DNA of 55,777 nucleotides, the filler included, from Sphacelaria rigidula (taxonomy: Eukaryota): the NCBI GenBank assembly GCA_964200075.2. It is 4 parts of 4 records of this genome, joined end to end, with 100 filler letters (N's around TTAATTAATTAA, not from the genome) between each part and the next. Parts side by side here need not be neighbours in the genome. Positions count along the whole stretch, not along the records: positions 1 to 13,871 come from CAXNAA020002620.1; positions 13,972 to 27,842 come from CAXNAA020002621.1; 2 more parts are not named here. One strand, written 5' to 3'. The position numbers were made by a program, and so were the translations under genes. Below are positions 13,802-26,324 of this stretch, piece by piece. Positions within the stretch are counted from its first letter, which is position 1; each line of letters opens with the position of its first letter. A model generated the notes under the pieces. It searched no databases and was not told where the DNA came from. It saw nothing but the letters and a program-made list of their open reading frames with translations.

Positions 13802-13871
13802 GAGTGATGCTACGGTAGGGGTGCAGAAATATTTTCTGAGGTTAGAATTGTTAGGAGCCCTTTTTCTCATG
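13802..13871. mobile_element. Terminus of the GAG(C/T)RATGCTAC-TIR MITE family, running into the gap
   Basis: GAGTGATGCTACGGTAGGG is identical to the sequence at 33407. Confidence 0.5.
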
Positions 13872-13971
13872 NNNNNNNNNNNNNNNNNNNNNNNNNNNNN
13901 NNNNNNNNNNNNNNNTTAATTAATTAANNNNNNNNNNNNNNNNNNNNNNNNNNNNNNNNNNNNNNNNNNNN
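13872..13971. other. Assembly gap with TTAATTAATTAA linker
   Basis: N44-TTAATTAATTAA-N44. Confidence 0.98.
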
Positions 13972-14686
13972 CGGCTGATGCACCCACATACACTGAAAGG
14001 TGTAGACTGGTGCCCAGAATAAATGGGACAACACACAACACACACACACACAAGAAAATGCCTTTTTTTCCTTCCGATTTCTCATTTTCTCGCTCCCCTC
14101 CCGTTGACCTCTCACGTTCGATCTTCATAGTCTTCCTTCTCCCCCCAGATTCCTGTAGCGAGTGTCTCCGTTATTATTTGCCTTGGATTCAAACGTCCAT
14201 CTTTCATCCCATGACCGCTGGGTGCCTAGGGGACCCACTTCATGGGTGACAATCAACCATTCCATCAATCGACCAATCGAGCAGAGGGAGCCTTACTCAT
14301 TTGTCGAGCCTTACTCATTTGTCGAACACAACGGTTGATATTACAGAAGTACCACCAACCCCTACACGAACCCCGACCAAGGCGTACCAAGAGACCCTCC
14401 GGGAAAGGGGTGTGCAAAGTGTGCATTACGAGATCTCGAATCGACGCCGATATTTTGGACGAAAACACGTTCTGGACGAGCTGGGAGCACTTCGGGCTGG
14501 CAGCCCCTCGAAGATCCGAACATCGGTGTTCCCTCTGAAACCAAGTAAAATCAAGTACCCACCATTGTGTACGACAGATTGGTAAGGTCTACTGATAGAG
14601 CAATCGAGCAATCAGTCAAACCATGAAGAAAATCGTCGGTCCACACATCTCTCGAGGTCACAAGAACAGCCGAAATCTTTACTCAC

Positions 14687-17600
14687 CCCCCTCGTAGGGC
14701 GTATCGAAAGGTCCTGTGACCAGAGCGTGCACCACGGTCACCAGGTCCTCGTCTGGGTACACGAACAGTCCAGGAACGGGATCTCTGTGCGGGAACGGTT
14801 ATTATCGAAGGATAAAAACAAAAATACAAATACAACGAGAAGAAAAGAATCAATGTAATGTTCACTGTGATGGTTATTGAAAGTATGATCACGAAAATAA
14901 ATAAAAGAACGGTACAAGTAAGGGGGTACCATCGAGCATCAAATTTTCGACGGTGTGGAGGACCGGTAAACAGGCATTTATACAACCAGATATTGCCGTC
15001 CGCGAAAATAATCAGACGTAGACAAACCAACACAACTGATGAGGAAGCCTCCAATTACATAAAACACGACTTCGAATGCACACCTTAGGCCGCGATTCGC
15101 TTATTATATTATATACCCGCATTTTTTTATTGTAGTATCTAGACTCTTGCAAGATATGCTCGCTGCATGGGAACGCAGTATACTGGCTGTAGTATACAGT
15201 ATACTATATACATATGGGATCACACCCTGTATTGTGTGATAATCGGACTGTATAGTATATTGATTCCAACTGCCGTATTCATCATGTGTGCAACCATTGC
15301 ATACTTTTTGAATGCCCCCAGGGACATCCCTGCACAGTTACTTCCCAGTTGCGCTGCTGTGTAAATGCCAACCGAAGCAGCGGGCTAACTCCCAGGTATG
15401 AACCTGTGAAGTACCAGCGCAGAGATGTCCATGTGAAGTACCTGCGTAGGGATGTCCCTGCAATATCTCTGTTATCCCTGTCCCAAGGACATCCCTGCGC
15501 TGGTACTTCACAGGTGCATCCTGTGAGGGGATTCTCTGTTACGGGTTGCATGATCACAGGGATTTCGGCACCCCCCTGCGCTGGTCCTACACAGGTGACC
15601 CACAGTAGGGACGTTTGCCGACGTGTGTGCTTTGTTCAACTCGCCAACGGCTCATTGCACGGTCTTGTGTCTGCTGGTGACTAAAGCCAAGGCAATGTTC
15701 AATTGTTTTCAATTGCTTTGCTCTCATGTCCTCGTGACATTGGCGGTATAACCGGTGTGCTCGTGCTCTCAAATGAACGAGAACGCGACAAAGAGAAACA
15801 TCGGGGATAAATACCCCGCCGAAAGTAATCCTCTTGCTTGAAGTTTTGAATGATCTTCAACAGGCTTTTGTGCTTCGGGATCGACACCCCGCGAAAAAGA
15901 GCCAGTTTGAGCGACTTTTGGTGGCCAGAACATGCGCCACAAGTATCAAATGACACCCAAACCTGAACGGTAATGTACCGCTGAGCCTTCTCAGTGCGCT
16001 GCAGAAGAAGGCGTGGGGGAAAATGCCTTGCCGCCAGAGAAAACTCGGCAAAAATGGTGAAAAATGTGAAATGATAGATGTACATATATCCATTCGTCAA
16101 CCTGTTGGGTTAAAGGCATCGCAGACTCACCTCATAAGGCTTCGGATATCGTTCCGAACACGTCGGATGCACTCCCTGGAAGGACTGCTGCCTTTTAACG
16201 AAGGCATCCAGTCATACCGCGCCGCACCGCTACCACCTACATCCGCATCAGCACTGCCATCAGCCGCCTTGGCCATGGTCTTTGTTTTGCCCTTTGCCTT
16301 TAATGCAGCAGACGAAGTGGATTCTCCGCTTTCCGCAGCCGCGGCTGCCTTCCCTTTTCCCTTCCCTTTCGAAACGCCATGTTCCTCCTTAGTGGAACTC
16401 CCCTGTATGGTTTCGGGGTTATGTCGACGGTGAAAGCACAATGGCGGTTAAGGAAGCGGCGCTCTCTCGAGAAAAAAAAAAGAAAGCAATCGCAATATAA
16501 TTGCGTAAACAACAACAACAATCTCATTTCACTCACGAAGATCACAAACACACTTTCTTGCAAGCTTGAAAAAAATATTTTTCATCCACCACTCAAGCAC
16601 CACTTGAAAGAAAAAAAAAAAAAACAGCAATCGCCTTTGCTCTACCGTGCTTTTTTTCTTTCCTTATTTTTCTTCCCCGCTCGGCCTCCACAAATTCATA
16701 CTCCCTCTGCCCCATAAGTTAGGGTCTTTGGTTTTACACGGGTCCTTAACCGTGTCCGAGTGTGCAGACGTTTCTCTTCATTTTCTTCCTTCACGGATCG
16801 GACGAATAATGATTCAACTGTAAATTATTCGTTTTTCGCGCAACAGATTCGTACCGTACGAATCAGCCGTTGGTATTGTTCTTCATCGTCGCACCCCAGG
16901 TATGCGCACCCAGGGCATGTGAAATAGCGCAAAAATGCACGCCCTGGACAAGATATTATCAATAGCGCCACGCTGGTTCAATGATCCGACTGTCGCCATT
17001 AGGGTGGAGAGAACGAGGCTTCGATTCCCGACGCGTTGGTTTTTTTTTCTTGTACAGTATCTGATTTCCACCGTGGAAAGCGTGAAAACGCGAGTAAACA
17101 AAGTAGTTGACTGAGTTTGTTTGACGTAAGTTGACGCGGTGCGGGCGTGCTGATAGTCATGACCCGATCCGCGAGAGCGCAATGCAAGGCGTGTACCGGG
17201 GAGAGACTGATTAATCCCTTGTATCCACAGACTCGTCCCGAGGGAGGGGAGGGCTTCAAAGTGCGACAAGAAAAAAAATGCAATAATAGACGAAAAATGT
17301 ACTGGGTAAAGTATAGGCCTATTGCAACTATTGACGACCGACAATTGTTGCAATAGGCCTTTACTCTACCCAGTACACTTTTGGTCTATTGCATCTATTG
17401 ACTTTACACTGTCCAGCGTGTACAAAATTTGCGCAGACTTTTTTTTCGACCGGCGGTTAGCGATTTCAAGTCTTGCGAGCAATCAGGCCTCAGACATCGT
17501 AGATTTGGTTATTCGAACCGGCGATAATTCATCTGGTGATGTTTTTCTTTAGCGTTTTTTCTGGGTTGAAACCACTTCTCTTATTCCCATCATTTCTGCC

Positions 17601-19458
17601 ATACGACGGAACGCCTGGGAAAAATTCAATCCGCCTGAAAATGCCCATATTTCGCCACTATTCCGAGGAAGAATAATATGGAAAGAACTGGGCATTTTGT
17701 TCTGTTTTGTTGGTTTTCTCCTAAAACTACTCGTCGTTCACATCGCTCGAACTCGATTCTCAAAAAAAAAAATCGAAAACAAATCCTCCTCCCGCCCAAA
17801 TCCCAAAATATTCACAAAGTTGGTAATTATTGACCTGAACTTTTGAAAAAAAAAATATATATATATGTAATTTTCTTATTTTATTTTCGATTTTTTTCTC
17901 AGCGTTTTTCTTCAATCTTTTCCAATGACACCACGATTATAATAGGAGGTTGGTAAATCGGAGCTGGGCTACATTCTATTCATGAGTGACAACTATCGCT
18001 AATCCTAATCCTAATCCGAACCCAAGACATACAGAGAACCCTCGAGCAAGGAAGGTGCATAGGGTTCCCTAAGGAAAGTGTGGCGTGGGTACACCTCAGA
18101 TCGGCACCCATGGTGCCGATTTGAACGAAAACGCGTTTTGCACACGCTATTAAGCCTTTTGGGAAAGGGACTCCCCACAATGGTGAGTTTGTGGCATTTT
18201 TTCCCACTTTTCCCTCACAAGCGTGTGTCAGTGGCAGGTGTTCATTAGCTTTGTTTTCGAGTCAAAATGATGCCAGTTCACAAAAGTGTATAAATTGGCA
18301 TCATTTTGACTCGAAAACAAAAATGATGGATACCTGCCACCAACACACGATTGTGGGGGAAAAGGGTCCCGAAAGGGTTAATCGGAGGACACGAGACTTT
18401 CAAGTCCCACTAGAGATACGATTCTCGTTCACGCTCAAATCAAGACACCCTACTTTGTAGCCAAACAACGGACAGCTCTACGGGATACATGTGTCGTATA
18501 CAACCACCGTTGGGGTGAGCGCTTCTTGTAAACCCGAAGAAGGAACTTACGGAACAGATAAAAGTGCATACGTTCATGGGACACCGAAACGCCTTATTTT
18601 CATCACGATGGAACACAAACGTGCGGCGAGCCGCGTCCATCACATGGAAGGGATACCTAGTGCGTCACACAGAATGAATTTCCGTTAAATATGCTGGTCC
18701 ATCATAGGTACCATCATCTAGGTGTTAAAGCTGGCAGCTTCGTGCGGACTTTCAGATTGGTGGGGTGAGGGGGCGTGCGGGAACTACTGGTACATCTGTG
18801 CAAGGTGAAGCTGATTCGACAAACTTTAGCCCTACACGACTATGGATGTGACCTCAAAAGCTCCTTGACGAACCCTGTCCCCTTACGACAATCTTGGCGG
18901 TGCTGCGTCATCCCACAGATCACACATACATTCAAAGGAGCTGACGTGTAAATCCGAAGCAGGCAGTACAAAGCACTCCCCCTTCTCTATCGTATCTGCC
19001 CTGAAGCACAAACATAAACGCGAAAGTACTTGGTGCCTGTTAGCGGTAAAAGAGCCCTTTTCTGACCGCCATTTTTTTTTTTCAACTGCAAAAACTAAAA
19101 AGAAGAAAAAAACGGTACAGTAGGCAACACGACAGAAATAACATACAAAATGTTCATGTTTAAATAATTACATTAGTTTTTACGTTGTGCATGTTCCATG
19201 TTGTTTCGTACTACTACTGGCACAGTACTCATGCTTTTGGGGTGAGAACAAAAGGCGGGAAATGCAATAGTCTGCATCAACCAGTCGCCGTACCTTCCCG
19301 GTCTTGCCCATTGAATCAGTAGCATCTGTAGAGACGGCGGCAGCTGAACCGGGAGCAGTCCCGCCGCTAGTGTCCGCATCTGCTGTTGCAAGCCCCGCCT
19401 TCTTTTCAGGTGGCGGTGGCAGCGCGCCAGGAGCAAGCACCGCCTCCGTAGCGCTCAT
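14687..19458 (-). CDS. UBE2Z: Ubiquitin-conjugating enzyme E2 Z (USE1)-like, 5' part: exons 19458-19294, 16402-16131, 14784-14687; 3' exons not visible
   Basis: GT/AG sites with consistent phases (0, 2, 1). Ala/Gly-rich N-terminus, then [62 protein letters not shown], which resembles my recollection of human UBE2Z ([47 protein letters not shown]). Confidence 0.85.
16967..17278 (+). mobile_element. tRNA-derived SINE, near full length (in UBE2Z intron 1, antisense)
   Basis: A-box-like TGGTTCAATGA, B-box-like GCTTCGATTCCC, acceptor-stem-like CCACGC/GCGTTGG and 3' poly-A; second copy at 41053-41340. Confidence 0.8.
17279..17393. repeat. ~115 bp near-perfect hairpin (mini-MITE or small-RNA precursor-like)
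   Basis: AATAGACGAAAAATGTACTGGGTAAAGTATAGGCCTATTGCAAC versus GTTGCAATAGGCCTTTACTCTACCCAGTACACTTTTGGTCTATT. Confidence 0.8.
18154..18377. mobile_element. piggyBac-like MITE with TTAA target duplication
   Basis: TTAA|GCCTTTTGGGA ... TCCCGAAAGGG|TTAA, plus an internal ~70 bp-arm hairpin (18207-18364). Confidence 0.8.
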
Positions 19459-22400
19459 TGCTAGGTAGAGTGGACTAAGGCTCCCTAGAGTTGGCACAGC
19501 GGTGGTAGTCGGTGGTGCTGTTAGATGCAGCGAAAAATCGAAACGAAACATGGTTCCCGGGTTGTTGAAGGGAATTGGGGGGGGGGGGCGTACTCAATTT
19601 GTTGCATGCCTTAGTTGTTTGGTCAGGAGAATGGGGGGGGAGGGGGGGGGAGGGGGAGGGGGACACCGAGAGCGGATAAGGTGACAATGACGTCAAGAGG
19701 TGAACACAAAAAAGGCCTCTGAATCCCTCGTCTAGATAAGTGGACTCTCAGTTTGTCGCTCGGGTTCCTTCGGCAGTGTGGTGCCTGTCGTGGCGTGTTT
19801 TCGGGCCGTAAGCGTGCATGTAAACGGTCGGCATGAGGAGAGCAAAGGCGAGCTCGAGTCTCGGGGGAAGGATGTTTCTCGGTTGTCATGTGGGTCTGAT
19901 AACCACCATTGACCAAAGACATGACTGGTTTGGGCATGATTGATTGCGGTTCCTCAGTTGGAGGATGGCAATGTGGCGCTATACTTCAGCGTCTCCGGTG
20001 TGTGCAGCTGGTGACGCGCCGCTAATTCAGTCTACGAGCTGGGCCAGCTTAAAAGCGGCCAAACGTTGTCCACACTACAGCTTTCCCCAGTTTCCCGAAT
20101 GAACCCGATGTAAGAATATCACTGTGAAGTGAAGCCCAACCTGGTAACACACGGCACCGCCGCTAGATAACGAAAAAAATGAAAAAACAAAATGTACTGC
20201 ATAAGATATGACCTTAACGACGGACGGAAAAAAAAAAGAGAAGGCCAACACAGGACATGTTTGTTTGTTTGTTTTTAGTTCTCCACCATCCTCCGGCGGT
20301 GCTTGCCTTTATTTTCTATCGCGAGAGGGGTTCAGCAGTACCTTTCCCTCGTCGACCGTGAAGTGGAATTTTTTTATATAGAGTAAACGTGACAACCTAC
20401 CAACCCCCTCTCGTGATGGCAAGAGCTGCGCACTGTTGTTCTATAGCACTGGGCAGCGATAGAACCTGATTGTAATGTCCTGTGTGCAGTGGAGAGCGAG
20501 GGTACTGTACCACTACATTGTGCTGTTTGTTGCCTCTAGCCGTTGCTGAATAAAGATCGTCTACACCATACAGCTGCAGCGCGGTAACACGGAGTATGGT
20601 TGAGATGACATGACATGCAGTGTAACATCAAGACACGCAAGAGGTGCGCCAGCAACGCCTGGCAAGTATCAAGAGTGCTAAAGCGAGGCGTAGAGTATAC
20701 TGCTTGAGTACATCGCAGCAGCAACGGTAGCCACCGTGCAACACTGGCTTGCGAACGACATCATGTGCTCCCTAATCAGCAGCACAAAACGTACATCCAC
20801 CAAGTGGCAGATGCCAGAAAAAACGGTGGGGGATCTCATGTATTGATTTTCATCCAAACGCTCAACATCCACCGGTTCGGATAAATTGCCGCGTTGTGCA
20901 AATCTGACCATTGACGACGTTGGGCCATCTGGGCGGGGCCGAAGGTTCAAGGGATCAGCTTTTTAGGTCTATGCGCCGGCAGGCCGCTTCTCTTTTTCCC
21001 CTGCCCGGAGTTTGGAATAGCTGTGTTGACGGAAGAAACGACGCCTTCATGTAAACTAGGGGCTCCGAGTCCGCTACGCCCGTTGCTACGCATATATTTT
21101 GTGCCATCTACTGGTCATGTTTGCGCACCACCAGTAGCTCTCTGCAATCATGTGTGCATCTCCGCTATTGACGAAGCGTCAACAGCGACGCTCGAGGGAC
21201 ACGCAGTTGTATAGCGGGCAGCCATCCCATCACAAGCATTATCCAAACAAAAGCTGGACTGCGACAGAACCACAACTTGGCTGCTCAATCATGTTGGAAT
21301 GCTTCGATCCTATTGATCAAGAAAGACACTGCGCGTAATCGACTTAACGCTCGAGCGTCGTGCTACAGGCTGGTGTTATGGTGAATTCCCAAAACCTATT
21401 CCCCACTAGACACACGACGTAAAACTGACCCGACTGAAACACATTTGGTACCATCGTGACCCCCACGAGCGAGCGAGCAGTGTGAAACAGTCAGCTTTTA
21501 TTGGCCAATGAGGGGTCTTCAAATTATTCTGAAATTTAAAATGTAGATTCTCGACACAATTTTCACCCAATCTCATGATGAACCAAACCTTGGCAACCGC
21601 CGTTAGCCAGGGAAACGCAAGAAATAGTTAGTAAAAAGTTTGTACGGGATTGAGTTATATGCCAAAGGGTGGTGTTTCGGTGATGTGGGTTTGGCGTCGT
21701 TGGATTTCACTGATGAAAATGGATCGAAGACCCAGAAACCCTCGTTACGGTTTCCCTTATAACTGCTGCATAAAATCTCCCGTCATCTTCAAACTTGAAA
21801 GCTTGGTAAATATGGGTACTCCAAAAGCAAAAATATAATCGTCGAAGAATAAGTCAAAGTTTATCCGCTCTCTTCCGGCTACCGGGGGTTCCGGCGTGAA
21901 GGCCACAGAAGCCGGCACAGAATACCTAGACAAGAACGCAAATATTACTCATCTTGAGGTAGTCCGAGGAAGGTTTGTACAAAGTTTCCTTGCGTAACTC
22001 GAAAGACTGGTCCCAAACGGTTAATGCAAGCTCGAACGTACAAGAGAACGGTTGGTAGCATACTTTAATCAAGTAATTTTGGAGTTCTGCGTACATTTGT
22101 ATACTTTAACGCACGCGCGCGCCAGTTCTTGAGCGGGTTTTTCGAGGTAGACCCTGAAATATTGCGCCCGTGTGCTGTGGGATATTTATATTCTTTTTTT
22201 GATGAATGAAGTTTTTCTTATTTATTTATTTTTCCCCAGAAACCCGGGATCCCAGGAGGTGACACGAGCCCTGGGACCCTCGGGACCCGGGATTTCCGGT
22301 GAAAATAGTAAAATAGAACGCCTCGTTCATCGACAGTTTCGAAATATTCCATACAAAGCGCATGTGTGCAAAGTTCAGCATCTATCTCGAAAAACCTACG

Positions 22401-22669
22401 TGAGAAATCGCTGGGGAAGCAAGTTTGGGCGTTTAACCTGAACCAGCCTGTACGTCTTCCTCGCGCACAGTATCGCCATCATCCACGGGACTGTCAGAAG
22501 CCGCAGCAGACTGCGGGAACTGAAATGGTAAACCCTTCTAGCGCCCACTTCTGCAGATGGCCTTTTGTCGGCGTGGCTATATTGGGAGTTCGGAATAGTT
22601 GTTGTTCTGATGAAAGACACGACGCCTACATGAAAACAGACCAGCCCCCCCCCCACCCCTGGCCGTAGG

Positions 22670-22776
22670 GACGTAAAAATACATGTGCGTGGCAACGGCC
22701 CGGGGGGGGGGGGGGGGACGTACAAATGAGTACGCCTCCCCCCGGGGTAGTTGCCACGCACATGTCATTTTACGTC
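22670..22776. repeat. Hairpin element containing the G-tract/GTACTCATTTGT motif
   Basis: GACGTAAAAATACATGTGCGTGGCAAC mirrored by GTTGCCACGCACATGTCATTTTACGTC. Confidence 0.75.
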
Positions 22777-23734
22777 TTCGTGAGTGCAATTCAGAGTACA
22801 GTACAGTACAGTGCCGGAAAATTGTACTGGGTGGGTGGAGAACACCATGAGCGGTGACCGTGTCGCCACCGCCTGTGGTATGGAGTGCACTAAGGTTATA
22901 CGAGCCGTAGCCCGTATACGGGATCGTATGCGGGAGCACCGCTTTGAGAAGTCATCACAGCAGAGAGACGACACCCCAGCCTCTAATGTGTGTGCTACAT
23001 TTGCTATGCTCCAAAAGAAAAAGAACAAACTTTGCACTTCCGTCTGGTCAAGCGCCCGAGGGCCATATAAGGGCAATTGACACATATAATTGTTATACTC
23101 TTGAACGTCCAGGGGACTGTCTGGACATATCATTTGAACAAAAGGTCGGCAGGGCGCCATGAGGTTTGGGATGCCATTGATGAAAAGGATACGCTAGATT
23201 TTGATCGCTACTTGCTTGGTCGGTCGCCCTTCGCCCATGTCATAGGCTTAGCACCCGCCGCGGCATTTTTTTTCACACGCACATATATATCCTCATTTCA
23301 CATCACCTCACTGTACCAGTACTAGGCACGGTACAGTACAGCACCCGGGAAATCGCTCCGCGCTATATGCTCCTACAAGTTGCGGCCCGAGGTAGGAAAA
23401 CCCGTACACAGGAACAGCACATGAAGCACGGAGTACTGCTCTACATTCAAGTATCCAGCGAGCTATTCAGTAAAAGAGCACACGTACAGAGCGGTAAGGG
23501 CCGGGCGAGGCGCATGGGCGACGGCGGCGGCAGCATCAGCACGCACTTCCGGCCAGCCTACCACGCTCGTCGCTGTTGCACACCCAGGTTCGACTGTTGA
23601 TCAGGCAGCATCTAGGGCTGCGGCGCCAGCGGCCGCGGCGCCTACGGGTGATCGAGATGGGGAGAGGAGCAGCAATGATGACGAGGCGCTGTTGCCGACG
23701 ACCCTGAATACCAAAAATGTGTATCGCTGACGTC

Positions 23735-24210
23735 CGGAGTACACCGCCCCAGAATACTCGGTATCGTACTCGGTGGACTTGAAAGAATACTCAGTACCGA
23801 GATTACCCAGAATATCCACCTTCCCCCAACATGTGTCGTACTCGATATACTAACTTATAGTTCAGTACTCGAGTACCTGAAGTACTCACTACCCGGAATA
23901 CTATTTAAAGGTATTTCGGACAACCCGACATACCGATTGCCGACAATGCCGAGTACTCCGGGATACCTGGAGTACCCACAGTGCCACAACACTTGGTGTC
24001 ATCCTCGTTGTACTCAGTTAATGACTGCAGTAAGTACCCCCCGGTGCTGGGGGTATCGACTTTCGGGAATCTGCGTACTCTTGAGTACCCGCAGTACCAA
24101 CTAGTGAGGGATGCCCCAGAGTACCCAGAGTACAGACTGACTAGATACCGGGTTTTTCAGAGTACTCTGAGTACCGAAGTAACGACGACCCCAAGTACTC
24201 GTACTCATAC
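23735..24210. repeat. Degenerate GAGTACTC/GAGTACCC-rich repeat region
   Basis: Dense recurrence of AGTAC/GAGTA motifs without a fixed period; resembles subterminal repeats of DNA transposons. Confidence 0.55.
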
Positions 24211-26324
24211 TCTACTCTGTCCTAACCATGGAATTTTTTCTCCGTCTTCGGTCCGCAGATTTTCCCAGTCCCGCGTTACGTCGAACACAGATGAATGATA
24301 ACGTAGTCTACAGCGGAGAACCCGCTGCCCCCGGAACATATTTCTGAAGAGCCAACAACGATGAGCGCTGAAGAGTACAGACAGTGTGCTCTTTGTAGCA
24401 CAAAACATTATTTACAGGAGCGCCCCGCTCCGACTCTGCAGTCGTATCACGGTTTGACATGAGCGCAGCGGAGTTTTTCGCGACACAGCTTTTTGCTCCC
24501 GAATATGCCTGCCACACCACACGGTACGGCGCATACATGATTATGAGGTAACGATGCGCCTCTGTCTGTGTTAGTCATTGTACATGTTTTCACGAGGACA
24601 TGATCATGCAGCCTGTGGGCACATTGTGTGATGTTGTACTGTACGTTACCCCACTGCAGCTCGTGGCAGCGGGGCGTGTTTCCAAGGAATAGTTCAGTGG
24701 AGGTAGTAACGGACGGACATCCGAGGAAAGAACGAGGGATTTGATGCAATAAAAGAAACGCCGCCCAGGGATATAACGGGGGTGAACGAGAACCTGCTGT
24801 AGTATAGGCTGCTTTGATATATATTTTCTCTTCCGAATCGTAAGGAAACCTACCCCAACCATGCTTTGCATCTTTCAATAAAGCTGTGCAATGATGCGCA
24901 ACAGTACAGTGGTGACTCGCGTTCACAAACTACAACCAACTTTGTACCGAGAATGGGGTGATGTTCGGGAGGCCGTTCACCTAGGGTCGACACTCGTGCC
25001 ATGTCCGGCTGTCTAACATCAGTTCTCTCGAGGGTAATACCTCGCTGCACAAAATAACCTTGCCGATGAAGAGACCCTGGCAAGATCTGTTGAACGACGC
25101 AACTTTGTCGCTAGCACCGTATTCTCCAAGATGTATCATCGAGGATAATGAAGCTAGGCGAGAGAAGCCACCAACCCGGCGTGGAGGGAGGGTGTTATAC
25201 CCCGTCACCTATTACCCGTCCTGCGACCAGCAACCGCAATTAGCGCAGATGTAACATTCGTGCTGCATAAACGAGGAGGGGTGGGTTCACATTTGAAACC
25301 TATGCTACTGGTAGCTTCTTTCGTGATGGGAGTAACAATCAAAGATTCAAACGTACCTTGCAGGTACCTAACTCGACCAAACTCCGATGGTGCTCCTCGC
25401 TGCTTCAGTCCGCTGTGTAGACTGTGCACTACAGGCGAGCCGGCGAAACGTTGCAGGCAATTTCACAACTTAGTTGTGCTCTGAAATTTGGAAATTACTG
25501 CATGGAGCAGAGTATAACGTAGGGGTGTTGGAGACAAGGTGTAGTTACATTTTTTTTTTCTTCTCAAGCTGAGATGCGAAAATCAATATTTAGTTGCCTT
25601 GTCATTTATTTAATTTAGTACAGTATACCGTATGACGCCCGCCCTATCTCTCTACAGATGGCGACTTACAGAGCTGAAGGTGAGAGTATCGATCATTTAT
25701 CATTTGCCCAAAGCAACGGATGTTCGCGCCAAAACAGGAAGTCCAGGGTCTCATCAGGTGTTATATATTCTCGGGGTTTCGTATAGACTTATAATAGAAT
25801 CGATATATCTTCACGACGTACGTCACGGGATTCACTCGACATGGCGTAAAACTAACGAGAATGCATATGATGGGGTAGTTGAGTAGCTCGACACCTCCCC
25901 CTTGATCGGACGATTAACGAGGTGTGAATCACGGTCCAATTCGTCTGCATCGATGAGATCTGGCCGCCACAATTTTAATCCGGTTTTCAGGTCGCCTCCA
26001 ACTCGAAAACATACGGACAGAAAACTCACCTGATTTTGTTGTGCTTTTTTGAACACCCCCTAAAAAACAGCACGCGATCACGCGATGTGAACAACGAACA
26101 TATTGTGGCAATGTATCAAAATGTTCGATACGCAAAACCATGAATCCATTCTTATCCACGCGCTTCAAGTACACTATAGCTCAGCTCTATCAACCATGGC
26201 GTGAAAAAAGACAGCTAGATGAAAAATTCAAAAAGTTTCCCCCGCCGGTATCCATTCCAAAGGTGCTCCCCGTATCCCGTACAGCGCCAGTATCCAGCAC
26301 AGTATCCACCCGTACGAGACAACA

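Noticed and set aside
13916..13927. TTAATTAATTAA motif, also at 27887 and 41855
   Set aside because: Artificial scaffolding linker centred in N-runs.
17998..18025. Telomere-like (CTAATC)3
   Set aside because: Only three degenerate units; not CCCTAA.
21540..21720. Copia RT-like LVKSLYG motif on the + strand
   Set aside because: Single short motif with wrong spacing to the upstream motif and several stops; insufficient support.
20678..25500. Short ORFs and GC-rich patches as host exons
   Set aside because: No recognisable domains and no phase-consistent exon chain found by eye; genes cannot be excluded without RNA-seq.
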